From Mobula hypostoma (lineage: Eukaryota), in NCBI RefSeq assembly GCF_963921235.1, contig NC_086108.1, forward strand, positions 33,358,001-33,422,000: 64,000 nucleotides of DNA, given 5' to 3'. The position numbers and the translations under genes are program-made. Shown one piece after another: positions 49,941 through 62,524 of the stretch. Each line of letters opens with the position of its first letter. Positions within the stretch are counted from its first letter, which is position 1. Under the pieces are notes generated by a model. It searched no databases, was not told the DNA's origin, and saw only the letters and a program-made list of their open reading frames with translations.

Positions 49941-52634
49941 TTTCCCTGCTGAAGCTGCAAGAGAAGCTTTAGCAGCCAGAAGCCATGCTGGCAGATTAAC
50001 ACACATATAAAAGCTATCCTATAAAAATATCAAATGCAATCTTGATCACAGTGCAGCAGCAGAATTTACCTTCAGCTTATTTGGTGATCGAGACTACAGA
50101 CACGGTGTTTTTGAAAAGAAATGAAGGAAATGTGGGAGCAGTGTTAGTCCATTCAGTGCCCAGCATTCCAGCATTCAGTTGCCTTGTGGTTGATCTGCAG
50201 CCTACCTGGCTGAATTGCCTTTGTTAGGTTCTGTGCAGCCAAATCAGTGAATAAAAATCAACCAAACTGTAGACAGATTCATAAGCAATACAGTGAGAAA
50301 GCAGTTCCTATAACCCACCGATTCCACACTGACCAACAAGCATCTGCTCACACTCAGCCCACATTAATCCTACTATTTATTTTCCCTGCATTTCTCAGCA
50401 ATTTCCAGATGCGACGTCTCAACATGAAACACTGGCCAGCACTTTAACTCCACAGATGCTGCTTGACCTGCTGAGTTCCTCTGTCAATGTGAGTTTTTGC
50501 TCTCATCAATTCTCGACCGACACGCCCACTCGCTTACACACTAGTGGCAATTTAAAGTGGTCAATTAAGCTACTGATATGCAGACCTTAGGAACGTGGGA
50601 GGAAGCCAGAGCCAGCGGAATGGTCACAGGAGAACGTGCAAACTCTGCACAGTCAGCACCAGAAGTCAGGATTGAACCCGCGTCTGTGGCAAAGGCACTG
50701 AAATTACTCGGATGAGGCAGTAGCTATGGAGGGGTGCAGATCCAAGTGTGCAGCAGACACTTTGTTTCTCCCTCCACAGTGGCTGCCTGAACTATGAGCT
50801 ATTTTCAGCAATTACATTTCTGACATTAAAGTCAGCCAGTCTCACCTGACGTTTCCGAGTGATAGCCTTTGTGGATCTTTTGTTTTGGGAGACAGCTGTA
50901 GGGAATTGCTTCTACAGATCATCAATATAGGACCTCGCTTATAACTTCAAGCTATCCTCCCACATCCAGGATTCCTCAAGCCCAGGGAGATTCTCTAGGA
51001 TAATGCTCTCCATCATCTTAACAGTTCCAAGTAGATCATTCTAACTTCCTAAGACCAGGCAAAGGGAAATCGCCTCAAAGTGTCACTTGCTCTGAGCTTA
51101 ATTTGGTTTGGTGAAACTGAACTGCACCATCTTAAAGGCCAGTATATCCTTCAAGTTTACAACTTGGTGCTTTCAGCCCCTTGTACATCTGTTCCTTTGA
51201 GAAGGCCAACACTCTACCGACCGTTTCAGTTAGAGTAGGATCTTTAACTGGAGGAAGAAAGGAGGGTTTTGTGTCTCTTTTTTTGGGAAGGAAGTGGGGA
51301 AAGCCCCAATAATTCTCTGGGGGCTACAGTAATCAAACAGAGTGAATTGACTGGGAATAGGAGGAAGTGGGGACATTGTAAAGGCCCAAGAATTGAGACC
51401 AATACTCACCTGGATGAAGGAAACTGACTGGGATTCAGATTGGAGAGCAGTGGCACCATGAAACCAGAGGCTTGCGCTCAGCAAGGACAGTGAACTGACC
51501 AGGAGGAGCAATGTAGGAATGGCAGAGGAGATGGAAGCTTGAAGCTGCACTCACTCAAGAGGAGTAAACTGACCTGGACCAGGAAGGGAATGGGGATGGT
51601 AATGAGGGCTGAGACCCCCCCCCGCCCCCAGTCAGCACTTATCCCTAGTGAGCTGACTAGGTGAAGGAGGAGAGCACACCTGAAGCTCTGAGACAATCTG
51701 AGACAGCACTCCCTTCAGAGGAGGGCACTCCATGTGGCTGGGAAGTAACAAGACAGTGACATCACAGGGCAGCTTGTGGCTGATTATTTGGTAAATATGA
51801 CAGGTTTACTTCTATCTCAAGGAATTGAACTGGAAAATAGAACGGAAATTACATTATCTCGTTAAGAGTCGTCATCATTTTGTGCTTTGTTGTATGACGT
51901 GGGTGGTCATGGTCTATCCACGACCATGATTGCTCTTGGCAAATTTTTTCTCCATGAATGGTTTGCTATTGCCTTCTACTGGACAGTGACTTTACAAGAT
52001 GAGTGACATTAGCCATTATCAGTACTCTTCAGAGGTGGTCTGCCTGGCGTCAGTAGTCGCAGAACCAGGACTTGTGATATGCAGCAGCTGCTCATAACAA
52101 GCGTCCACCACCTGTCCCCATGGCTTCACGCTACCCTGATCAGAGGGCTCAGCATGTGCTATACCTTGACCAAGGCTGACATGCAGGCCAGCGGAGGGAA
52201 GGACTGCCTTATCTCTCCTTTGGTGGAGACATATCTCCATCCTGCTACCCAAGTATTAACAGTTCCAATTAGATCATTCCCAATTTCCTAAGACTCCTCA
52301 ATGCATCGTTTGTTCCGAACATAGTCTTATTAGTTCTGGCATTATTTGATGACTCAGAACTCAACCACCTTGACGGTTAATATATCCTCCAAGTTTACAA
52401 CCTGGTGCTTTCAGCTCTTTGTACCTTTGAGAAATCCAACACTCTACTGACCTTTTCAGTCATTTGTAGGTAGTTAGAGTAGGATCTTTCGCTGGAGGAA
52501 GAAAGGAGAGTTTGGGGTCTTCTTTGGGAAGGAAAGGGGAAAGCAAATTAACAAATCTAAAATAATTGATTAATGCAGTCTGGGGCGAATCGAACCTGTG
52601 ACTAAAGAAGAAAGGATTCAGATACCATCTAGAA

Positions 52635-52716
52635 CAGGGGTTCCCAACCTGGGGTCTATGGAGCCCTTGCTTAATGGTATTGGTCTATGGCATGAAAATA
52701 AAGCTTGGAAACCCTG
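52635..52716. mobile_element. 82-bp hAT MITE
   Basis: TIRs caggggttcccaacc and gcttggaaaccctg; TSD atctagaa/gtctagaa. Confidence 0.75.
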
Positions 52717-53515
52717 GTCTAGAAGCACTACCTACAGGAGAGAAAAAAATGAGGCTAGCCAGAGTTCCCCAGAAGAGGCAGAGGGAACAATGAAGCAGAG
52801 AACAGAGAACTTGATTAATCCAAGTGTAAAATCCAGGTAAATACAAAGAGATCGGAGCCAAATATTAATGGAGTTAAAAACTGACCAAGGTACAAATGAC
52901 ATGCTTGATTCAAACACATCTAATTCTCATACCAGTTTAAATTATACTTTAGTCTTTGTATGCTTTAGATCACAGTTTCATGTTTGACAGTTCTCTGTAA
53001 GTGTAAACTTGTTACAGAGAGCACCAGACTGAGGAACTCTCAGGGGTATACAACAGGCACTATGGTACTTAGGGAGCATTTGTAGAAGTTGAATACTGGT
53101 GAGTTTTCAGCTACTGCTCACTATCAAAGCCTGCTGAATTTCAAAACCACATCAAACCTGGGCTCCCCTCAGATCCCATCTCAGCTAAATGTCCAGCTGT
53201 GCGGCACCTGCATTTTATGTTACAACCGGGGCCTGGGACTGTTGGAAGGAATGTGGGGCACTTCACCCCAGTTGTTCACCCATCCTTGCAACCTTCCCCG
53301 CAACTGATTAGTAAAGTGATCAATAAAAATGAAGCTAATAGGACCGGTAGTCAGAACATTTGAATTAAACATCAGTCAACCACATTTATACATAATGGGG
53401 ACAATCTATAAAAGTAAACATTTCAAATAATTAGTAAACAAGGAGTTGACACAAAGAGGAATGGAAGTGCAAATATTACGCTGGGGATCCGCCTTCTCCA
53501 GGAACCTGTACTTAC

Positions 53516-53800
53516 CCAGGCGCGGGGAGAAATAAAGGATACCGAAGCGCAGCTCGACTCCTTCTCGCCGGTGCTACCCGGGATAAGTTGGGGCAGATTC
53601 AGCGGGGTGAGCTCCGTGTGCAGTGCTTTCCCGGCCGGTCCAGACCCTTTCATTCACCCGCAGCTGCCGACGGCAGACCTGGTCCGAACCAGCTCCTCCC
53701 CGGCTAGCGGCTTTTTAAGTTAACCGTTGCTACTGGGAACAAGGCATCCGTCAAACTTTGACAGCGGCCCTTTATTGCTTCCTTAGTCGAGCTCACGCTA
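53516..53800 (-). promoter_or_regulatory. Probable CCDC190 promoter and 5' exon (CpG-rich)
   Basis: Non-repetitive CpG-rich patch 3.6 kb upstream of the ATG. Consensus donor TGG|GTAAGT at 53515 on minus, TATA-like TTAAAAAG at 53711-53718, and an X-box-like motif at 53726-53740. Confidence 0.6.
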
Positions 53801-54965
53801 TCGAAAGTAGTGTGTGTGTGTGTGTGTGTGTCTCTGCAGCTGGGGTGGGGGGGGCGGGTGTTGTGGGGGCTGGGGAAAGGTCCAAGTTTTTGAACATGAC
53901 ACTCGAGGACTCTTGGTTAATAAAAGCATAGTAACTGCAAAAGTTAAAAAAAAAGCAGATTTGTTTTTGCTGCAATAAGAAACAGAAAATGCGTCAGTCT
54001 GCAGGGTAATGAAACATTAATTCTGTTCACTTTCCGTGGTGCTGTCCGACCAGTTGAATGTTTCCCGCATTTTAGAGTCAGTTAGTCATAGAGCACGAAA
54101 ACCATGCATACCAGGGTGCCCACCTGAACCACACCGATTTGCCTGCGTTTAGCCTGTGTCCCGCAACCTTCCGATCCATATACACACAAATACAGTTCAA
54201 ATGTTGTATTTGTACCTGCCTCATCTCTTCTGACTTTCTGATTTTACTTCAGATTGGTAATGTCTGCAGTTCCCTTTTGGTGTTCAGTGTGTGCTGTATA
54301 AACACTCCCCTCAGCAAGAGGTGTCGAGAAGGTGGCACACCTGCTGGAACCACCGCCTCACAACATCAGGGTACGGCCTTGGGTGCTGTCTGGGTGGAGT
54401 CTGTACACTCTCTGCGTGGGAGAAATGTGGGGTTTCCTCCTATTCGCCTCAAAGCTCAAAAGTGTGAGGAGGATTAGTGTAAATGGGTGTACTTGGTGGG
54501 AGGGGTATCACCCCTGCTGAAGGGGCTTGTGGTGTCCATTCAGGGGGAGTTCGCTCACCTCTGGTCCCCACCTGACACTCAGCATGTGACCGGCGGACTG
54601 GGTGGATGAGATTCAATGGCTAGGAAGGTGGTTTTGCAATGCTCCGTGAAGAACAAAGGGTATGATAAGACAGAGAAGACGTCAAGGTCATCCTCTGCAA
54701 CCCAGTTTGTGACGCTTGTTGGACTTCTGAGGTCAAGGGAGTGGAAATACCCCAGTGCAATGGCTTTTGCTCTTTAAGAACTCTCCGGCACAGGTTTCCT
54801 GACATCATCAGACATGACGCACAACTGTCACCAAGTGTAAATGAGGGGCTGATGGCTAGCTTAACTTAATGTGCCAAAAGGCATGTTTTTGTGCTTCATA
54901 ACCAGAACTCTAAGAACTTTAGTTGCTCACAAAGCCTAGTTCTGCCATTTCAGATCCTCAGCACT

Positions 54966-57900
54966 TGTCATATGGTGGAGGATAAAGGCAGGCCCAAATG
55001 CAGGACACAGACACTGAAGAACTGGGAACTGGACTGGACTAGAGTTAGGGACAGGACTGAACACAGACTAGGAGCTGGGACAGGAACACAGACTTGGGCT
55101 AGGACTTTGGCTGGGAAAGCGGGACCAGGATAAGGAACTGGGAACTAGGAGCCTGGATTTGGACTCCGAGCCAGAGACTGGACAAGGACCCAGAACCTGG
55201 GTCTTGACTCAGTCTTGGACCCCGGAACTAGGCGAGGACATGACGTGGCTACAGGACTGGACATGGCTTGGGTTCTTCAAGGCTTGGCTACAGGACTAGG
55301 CGAGGCCTGGGTTCTTCAAGGCTTGGGTACGGACACCAAGCCAGAGACTGGGCAAGGACCCAGAACCTGGGTCTTGACACGGGCTCGGACTCCGGAACTA
55401 CGCGAAGACATGACGTGGCTACAGGACTGGATGAGGCTTGGAATCTTCAAGGCTTTCCTGGGCAGGACGGGGTACTCCTTCTTGGAATGCAGGGCCAGGA
55501 TCCTTTCTAAGACGCCGGGCCGGGATGCTTACTAGGACACTGGACTGGGATGACTGCTGAGGTAAACCACAGAGAAAACTGTCAGGGATTCAGATGGAAA
55601 GGGGAAGGGAACAGACTGGCCTCAGGGTAACGGCAAAGACCGGCCTAACTTACCCCACGGAGGCAAGAACAGGAAGGGAGCTCAATCCGGGTTGGCACCG
55701 AGTCTCGGGGCGGCCAGCAACCTTGGCAGGCTACGGAAACAGCCGAGTCCATATCCAGCTCAGAGTGGCAGACGGCCACTCAGCTGGCCCCGGAAACAGC
55801 CAAATCCATACCACGATGACTGCTCCGACTAGAGACAAGGCTCCATGAAGCGGTGGTCCTCCAACCAGGCCTAGAGATTACGAATTGCTGCTCTAGCCTT
55901 TCACCGGCGGGTTGCTCCAAGGGGATACTGACAGGACAAACCAGCACCCACACTTCTTCTTCTTGTGTTGTTTTATGGCGGTTGGCAAACCGGCTTTTCG
56001 GTGCATTACCGCCACCTGTTAGGCTTGTGTTGTTCCAACCAAATATGTCCTGGAGTACTCTACTTTAGATAATCTAGTTCAGCCTGCAGATCTCTACTTG
56101 CATCACTCTGTAGTAGCAATTCCTCGTGAATGCTTTATGCGCTCATTAGATAATGCCACAAACTGCTATTCTTCCCTAATTTTGTCACATGGTTTTCAAG
56201 TAGCTGCATTACCTCAATTACATTGATTTCATCTGCATCATTTGTAAGACTAAAATCTTGTTAAAGAATATTAGTTATCGCACATTTAACTTTTAAAATT
56301 GCTGTTTTTCAAGTCTTACTGCTTTTTTCAGGTTTTCCTTTTCTTGGATTGTAGCCTGCAGTTGTTTACTGAGATCTCGGAGTTCTTCTTCATTTGTTTC
56401 CACGTTTTCATTTTATAATCTGAATGTAGATAATTCACTTTGCAACAAATTCCTTTTCCTTTTGTAACTTTGTAATAAGCTCCTCCATTTTCCAATCCCT
56501 TTTCCAACTCAGTTGTTCTTGTTGAGTACTTCTGTTTGTTGGAGTTCTGCACATTTACCCTGGGTTTCAAACCATGTTTCTTGTATACATAAAATCTGAG
56601 GTTTTTCCTTAAGTTCTGATACATATTTCTTAAATTCTTGACCATTTGCGATAAGTATACTGCCATTAAGATTCCATCTCCCCTGCCTGTGATCTGCTCG
56701 ATCCTCCATTCAGCATTTCTTTGACTTCTTCCCACCTAATCCCTGTAATACCAAGATATTTTTCTGCAGACTTGACTATATTTTTAATTTTTTTCAGTTC
56801 TTTTTCTTGTTTGTGCTGAACAGTTAATTGCATCTACCATAAATGGTACGAAATTCTTTCTACTCATTATTAGTGTATCCTTATTTTTCATATTACAGCC
56901 CTCACAGTTCACCAGTTTATTATTCCCTGTATCTGTTTGCTTGATAGCCTTCTTTTCAGCAAATCCTTTCACTGCCTCTGCATAACTGATCCTTGAGTTA
57001 CTTTTACAAATTGTATCTCAGCTGCCTTCTTGCTATAAATGTACCCTCGATAAGCTGCACTGTGTTCCTCGCTAGCATTTCAGCCTAGCTCCTGCCTCAC
57101 ATTTCCCGTATTCATTTGCTCCAGCACATCTCCTACATCTTTGTTTTCCTCTGCAGACCGCCACAATGTGCCTGAATTTCTGATATTTATAGCATCATAA
57201 AGGCGGTGGTATATATATATTTTAACCGCATAACACAGATACCCTAATTAAATGTTAGTCAGCAACTTCTCTTCATTAAAGTTAATCATTACCGATAAAC
57301 TATCACACTTTTTCCCATTTCTTGTAGCTTTCAAACATTTGTCCTCAATAATTTTTGCTCCTTTCACGTTCTGTTTAATTTCATCCATAGTAACTTTTGT
57401 TGGTTTCCCCAAAATAACTCCTCTAGTTCCCTTTCTATTGTTGGGTATTGAGTTTTGTAATTTTTGCCATCTATTTTATTTAATCTTATCACTTTGCCTT
57501 GCGAACACTATACCAACAAATCACTAATAGCGATCCATTTCGTAAAATCTTTGCTCTTTTGATCTTGCCTATAAATTTGTTGAATACCTTCGTCAAATGA
57601 TTCGGGTTCCAATCTCCAAAAGACGCCCCGTCTTCGCACAGTTTTATAATTGCTTTAATCTCATCTCCTTTCCATTGTTTTGGTGTCCTGTTTTGATCAT
57701 CCGCTGATTCCTCAGAGTTTGAAATCTCATACCTCTGTTTTCTTTTCTTACTCTTTCCATTCCGTTCCTCTTTCCCGCCATCCTCCATCTCTAGTTCACT
57801 TCCACTCTCGCCAAAAACTTCCTTCAACAGCTTGGCTCTTTTTCTCCGATTTTTTTTTTCTTTTTTCCTCCAGTTTTCATCCCCAGCATCCACACTTGAG

Positions 57901-58046
57901 CCCAGGGCCACTTATATTCCCAGCTCCAAGACGAGCATCAGATGCTGATGATTAAGCCCAACTGAAACAAGGGACAGTCGGAAGACCCGGAGTCTGTGGA
58001 CTGGACTGTGAACTGGAATGCTGACTTCACAGACCGGACCATGACA
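54966..58046 (-). mobile_element. Solo LTR (about 1.14 kb) with internal tandem repeats, split by a Nimb LINE
   Basis: TGTCA...TGACA termini with a perfect 5-bp TSD gcact (54961-54965 and 58047-58051). Internal duplicated unit of about 90 bp near 55170 and 55340. Confidence 0.8.
55956..57882 (-). mobile_element. Internally deleted Nimb/I-clade LINE
   Basis: Gag-like ORF1 (WNPNHLTK..AKILRNGSLLVIC; decayed CCHC knuckles at about 57200-57040) and endonuclease start (SILIANGQEFKKY..ILCIQETW). 3' end ggtggcggtaatgcacc...(AAG)n. 15-bp TSD ccagca(c/t)ccacactt at 55941-55955 and 57883-57897. Confidence 0.78.
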
Positions 58047-58059
58047 GCACTCTTGTTAT

Positions 58060-59049
58060 AAGCCCAGAGCCTGGACAGGGAGTACTCTATACACACAAAT
58101 TCCAAAGCAGTAGCATTGGATGACGAGGCTATTAAACACAGCAAGGTACTGAGTTTCATTTTGAGAGAAATGTAATTCAAAATCAGAATGGCTTCCATAA
58201 CTTGTAATTAGTTGTCCCTCTCCGTTAGGCTGAAAGCCTTCAATGCACAATTTGACGGAATGAATGATATGACATTGACGAAAGCTCCTTCTCCCCCCTG
58301 AGGAATGGGCTCCTGGTCTGGCTGCAGTTGAGGTGAAGCGGGTCCTAGCCAGGGTAAACCCACGAAATGCTGTAGGGCTGGACGATATACCTGGGCAGCT
58401 GCTGAGGGGTTGTTCAGCCAGCTAACAGAAGTCTGGACGGACATGTTTGATATCTCTCTGTAGCAATTCACTGACCCTGCAGGCTTCAAGGCAGCCACCA
58501 TTATTTCAGTGCCCAACAGAGCGATTGTAACTGGTCAAAATGATTATTGTTCAGAGGCACTGACCTCAACAGTCATGAAGTGCTTTAAGCAGCTGGTTAT
58601 GGATCGTATAAAGTCCCACCTTCCAGCTACATTGGACCCTTTCCAGTTCTCCTACCGCTCAAACTGGTCCACTGATGATGCCATAGCCTCGGCCCTCCAC
58701 TCCTTCTTGTCCCACCTAGAAGACAATGCCTCATACACCAGGATGTTGTCCATCGAGCTCAGCGTTTAAGAAATCACCCCTCAGAAGCTGGTCCTCATTG
58801 GGACTCAACACTCCCCTCTGTAACTAGATCCTGGATTTCTTGATGGAATGAACCCATACAGAGCTCAAGTGCTCCCAGGGGCTGCAGTTCACGTTGCTGA
58901 CTCATGATCGCGCCAACAGGCCCAGTTCAAATTGAATCATCAAGTTTGCTGATGACACAATGGTGGTCGGCCTCATCAGCAACAGGTGCAGGTTGACAGC
59001 TCTCCATTGCACATCAATGGCTCTGCTATGGAGAGATTGAAGAGCACAA
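58060..59049 (+). mobile_element. Degraded Rex1/Babar LINE fragment
   Basis: ORF 58509-58769 (ALTSTVMKCF..LDPFQFSYRSN.STDDAI) and IIKFADD near 58940. Confidence 0.75.
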
Positions 59050-59760
59050 TGTCAAGCCTGCACAGGCAGGCACCTCTCAGTCTCCATTCAGCTAACAGGA
59101 GTCACCAGCCACTCATTCCCAAGTCATCACCTGCAGCCTATTAAAACCCAGCTCTCAACCACAGTTCTTGTTCACCCATTGAGCCAGCCAGCCTCAACCA
59201 TTTTCCCTAGCCTTCAGTCACTTTGTTTCCTTGTTTTGTTAAGTACAGTTGTCCCTCTGTATCCGTGGGTTCCACATCCACGGATTCAACCAACAGCGGA
59301 TCGGGATTGGAAAAAAAACCCCGAAAGTTCTCTCTCCAGCACTCATTGTTTGCCTCGCGTCTTGTTCGGTCGCTACTTGTGTTGTGTGCACCCTTTGTTT
59401 CTGTGAAAAAATGGCTCCTAAAAAGCAATTAAGTGGTCAAAGCAATTCCTCAAAGGCTAAGCGGAAGCATAAAGTACTGTAATTTAGAGATGATTAAAAG
59501 TATTACTCGTTGTTTGAGCATTGTTTGCCTCGCATCTCGTTCTTTCGCTACTTGTGTTGTGAGCGAGACGAAGGAGTTTAAGGCTAGTAAGGGATGGCTG
59601 GCTAGCTATGTAAAGCACGACAGCCTCAAGAACTTAAAGATCACGGGAGAATTAGCATCGGCTGATGCTGAGGCAGCATCAGCGTTCCCAGAGGAGCTAT
59701 GATTGTTGTGCCTGTACTGAACACGTACAGACTTTTTTTTCTTGTCATTACTCCCTAAAC

Positions 59761-60538
59761 CAGGGGTCTCCAACCTTTTTTGCACCGCAGACCAGTTTAA
59801 TGTTGACAATATTCTTGCGGACCGGCCGACCGGGGGGGGGGGGCGCGGGGTGTGGGTGTTCAAGTAGGGTTGCCAACTTTCTCACTTCCAAATAAGGGAC
59901 AAAAGTAGCAGTCAAATACAGGACACTTGTGTTTACCCCAAGAAATACTACCATGACCATGAAGCCTTGAACGGGCACCTGTGTGCGCATGTGTGACGTA
60001 TGCATGCGTGTATGCGTTGATTTTTTTCAACAATTCGGTTTTGGCTTAATCTTCCCGATTCTGTTAAGTGAATACACTGTACATACATTATTTCTACTTT
60101 ATATAGGCTGTGTATTTATCATATCATTCCTGCTTTTACTATATGTTAGTATTATTTTAAGTTTTATGTGTTATTTGATATGATTTTTTGGGTCTGGGAA
60201 CGCTCAAAAATTTTTCCCATATAAATTAATAGAAATCGCTTCTTCGTATTACGCCATTTCGGCTTACGAATGGTTTCATAGGAATGCTGTACCTTAGCGG
60301 GGGAAATATGGGACAAGGGCAGTCCCGTATGGGACAAACCAATTTAGCCCAATATACGGGATGTCCTGGCAAATATGGGACGGTTGGCAACCCTATGTTC
60401 AAGTTCAACAGTGCATGACAGGGAATGAGGAAAGGTTCAGCTGACTCCTATACTCAAATAGTATCGTTTCCTCATGGCCCGGTAGCACATGCTTTGCAGC
60501 CCGGTACCGGTCCGCGGCTCGGTGGTTGGGGACCACTG
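59761..60538 (-). mobile_element. hAT Charlie/Buster-type MITE (same family as 8052-9262)
   Basis: TIRs caggggtctccaacc and ggttggggaccactg; perfect 8-bp TSD ccctaaac at 59753-59760 and 60539-60546. Confidence 0.88.
59865..60395. mobile_element. hAT (Blackjack-like TIR) MITE nested in the Charlie MITE
   Basis: Perfect TIR tagggttgccaac/gttggcaacccta; perfect 8-bp TSD tgttcaag at 59857-59864 and 60396-60403. Confidence 0.85.
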
Positions 60539-61593
60539 CCCTAAACAATACAGTATAACAACTATTTACATAGCATTTACATTGTATTAGGTATTATAAG
60601 TAATCTAGAGATGATTCAAAGTATACGGGAGGATGTGCGTAGGTTATATGCAAATACTACGCCATTTTATATACGGGACTTGAGCATCCACGGAATTTGG
60701 TATCTGCAGGGGGTCCCAGAACCAAACCCCCGTAGATATGGAGGGCCGACTGTATCTGTTCTCTTTTATTTTGTGGCCCCTCGTGGCTTGTTATTTTGCA
60801 GTTTATTATTAAAGTTAACGTGAACCACTAAATCCTCCCCACTGGTCTGAGTTTGGGTCAAGCCTCCTCTACATTTCCTGACAGAGCAGGTGAATCAATG
60901 ATTGACCCAGTAGAGATTGCTCGCCTATAGGAAGTCGTCCGTCGACAGGGCCACATGATCCCAAAGCACCAGGAAACCAGTGACCATCTGTTCCTCAATC
61001 TCAACCAACTCTCTGTCTTGATACAGCAATCCTGCGTCAGTCAACCTCTTCCTTCGAGCCCCAGATTCCAGTGTCTGACCACTTCAACAGATCCCCAATC
61101 CAAAGCTGCAATTTCCTGTCCCAGCGTGTCTGATACTATGAACTCCAGCTATCTCTGTATTCTGTGGACTGAGCCACGATTGTTTTCATCATCTCTCTCC
61201 TGACCGGGTGAGCTCTAAGCTGAGTCGCCAAAAACTGGGACAATAAAACCAGCATTTGCAATAAATATGAGGAACTCACTGCTGAGATGCGCCTGGTTTT
61301 CAACCATCCAGGAAGTGGGAGCATGGAAACAGATCAGATTCTTTCCCTGTGTCAAGGCTCACACCTCGGGCTGGAGTACACTGTGGAATTCAGGACCCTT
61401 GCAGCAGAGTCTGGTTGGAGTGCGGAAGCGATGTTGGCCCATTACAATCACGGCATTGGGGAGCACTTGCAAAATGAGCTGTCTACACACTTAGAATGCT
61501 GGTGCAACTCAACAGGTCAGGCAGCATCTACGGAAATGAATAAACAGTTGTCATTTTGGACTGAGACCCATCTTCAGCATGGGAAAGGAAGGG

Positions 61594-62287
61594 TCAAACT
61601 ATTTAACCTCTTCAGCACGCCGGATGATTGCATTTCTTACTTTAATGGCTAGAAGATCCATTTTGCTGAATTGGAAAGAGATTAACCCTCCTACTGTATT
61701 TCATTGGTTTTCACAAACTATGGTGTGTTTGAATTTGGAGAAAATTAGAAGTGCGGTTTATGACCCTTCCATTAAATTTGAAAAAACTTGGAGGCCATTC
61801 ATTCAGCATTTTCATATGACGTAATTTGACCATTTCCAAACTTATTTTATTTCTCTGTACTGGTGGTTGAGAGGAATGGAGTCGTCGACACTAAGGTTTT
61901 CTTCTTTTCCATTTTTAAGTTGCTAGAATTGCCCAAGTCTTTTAGTTTAGTTGACTAATCCTGTTTAGTTTAGTTTTTTTTGGGATGGGGTTTGTTTTTT
62001 TTTCTATTTTTTTTCTTTTTCATGACTTTTCTTCAGTTATTTTTGTCCTGTATCATCTCAATGTGTACTTAAGAATGTATAAATAATTGTAGTTTTATAC
62101 ATATAAAAAAATGGAAAAGGTTATATGTGTGAAAAAAGTACATGATAATTGTGAATTCCTTATCCAAATAAAAATAAAATTTAAAAAAAATACTCATTTT
62201 AAGTACAACAATGTATCTCCTACTATTGGTATTATTGCTATGTTATGTTCTAACTTCATGAAACTAATAAAAAGATTGAAAAAGAAA
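61594..62287 (+). mobile_element. L1/Tx1-clade LINE 3' fragment inserted in a Penelope-derived repeat
   Basis: ORF2 C-terminus IAFLTLMARRSILLNWK..PPT..W..LEKI..FEKTWRPF. A-rich tail. 11-bp TSD gaaaggaaggg at 61583-61593 and 62288-62298. A second poly(A)-tailed 3' end ends near 62190. Confidence 0.8.
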
Positions 62288-62524
62288 GAAAGGAAGGGGG
62301 AAGACGGCAGAATAAAAAGGAAGTGGGAGGGGAAGGAGGATAGCTAGAAGGTGATAGGTGAAGTCAGGCAGGTGGGAAAGGTAAAGGGCTGGAGAGGAAT
62401 CTGATAGGAGCAGAGAGTGGACCATAGGAGAAAGGGAAGGAGTAGAGGACTGAGAGGGAGGTGATAGGCAGGTGACCAGAGGTAGGAGGCCAGAGTGGGG
62501 AATAGAAGACGAGGGGAGGAGGGA

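Larger units (their letters stand above)
59246..60752 (+). mobile_element. Non-autonomous pogo/Tigger element
   Basis: TIRs cagttgtccctctgtatc and gatatggagggccgactg flanked by TA. Transposase remnants MAPKKQ..KAKRKHKVL and EFKASKGWL..LKNLKITGELASADAEAA. Confidence 0.85.
59050..61490 (+). mobile_element. Ty3/Gypsy (Sushi-like) 5' LTR plus gag remnant
   Basis: LTR TGTCA(59050)...TGACA(60883), interrupted by a Tigger element. gag follows, with LSLCQG..EYTVEFRTLAAESGWSAEAMLAHYNHGI at 61287-61490. Confidence 0.78.
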
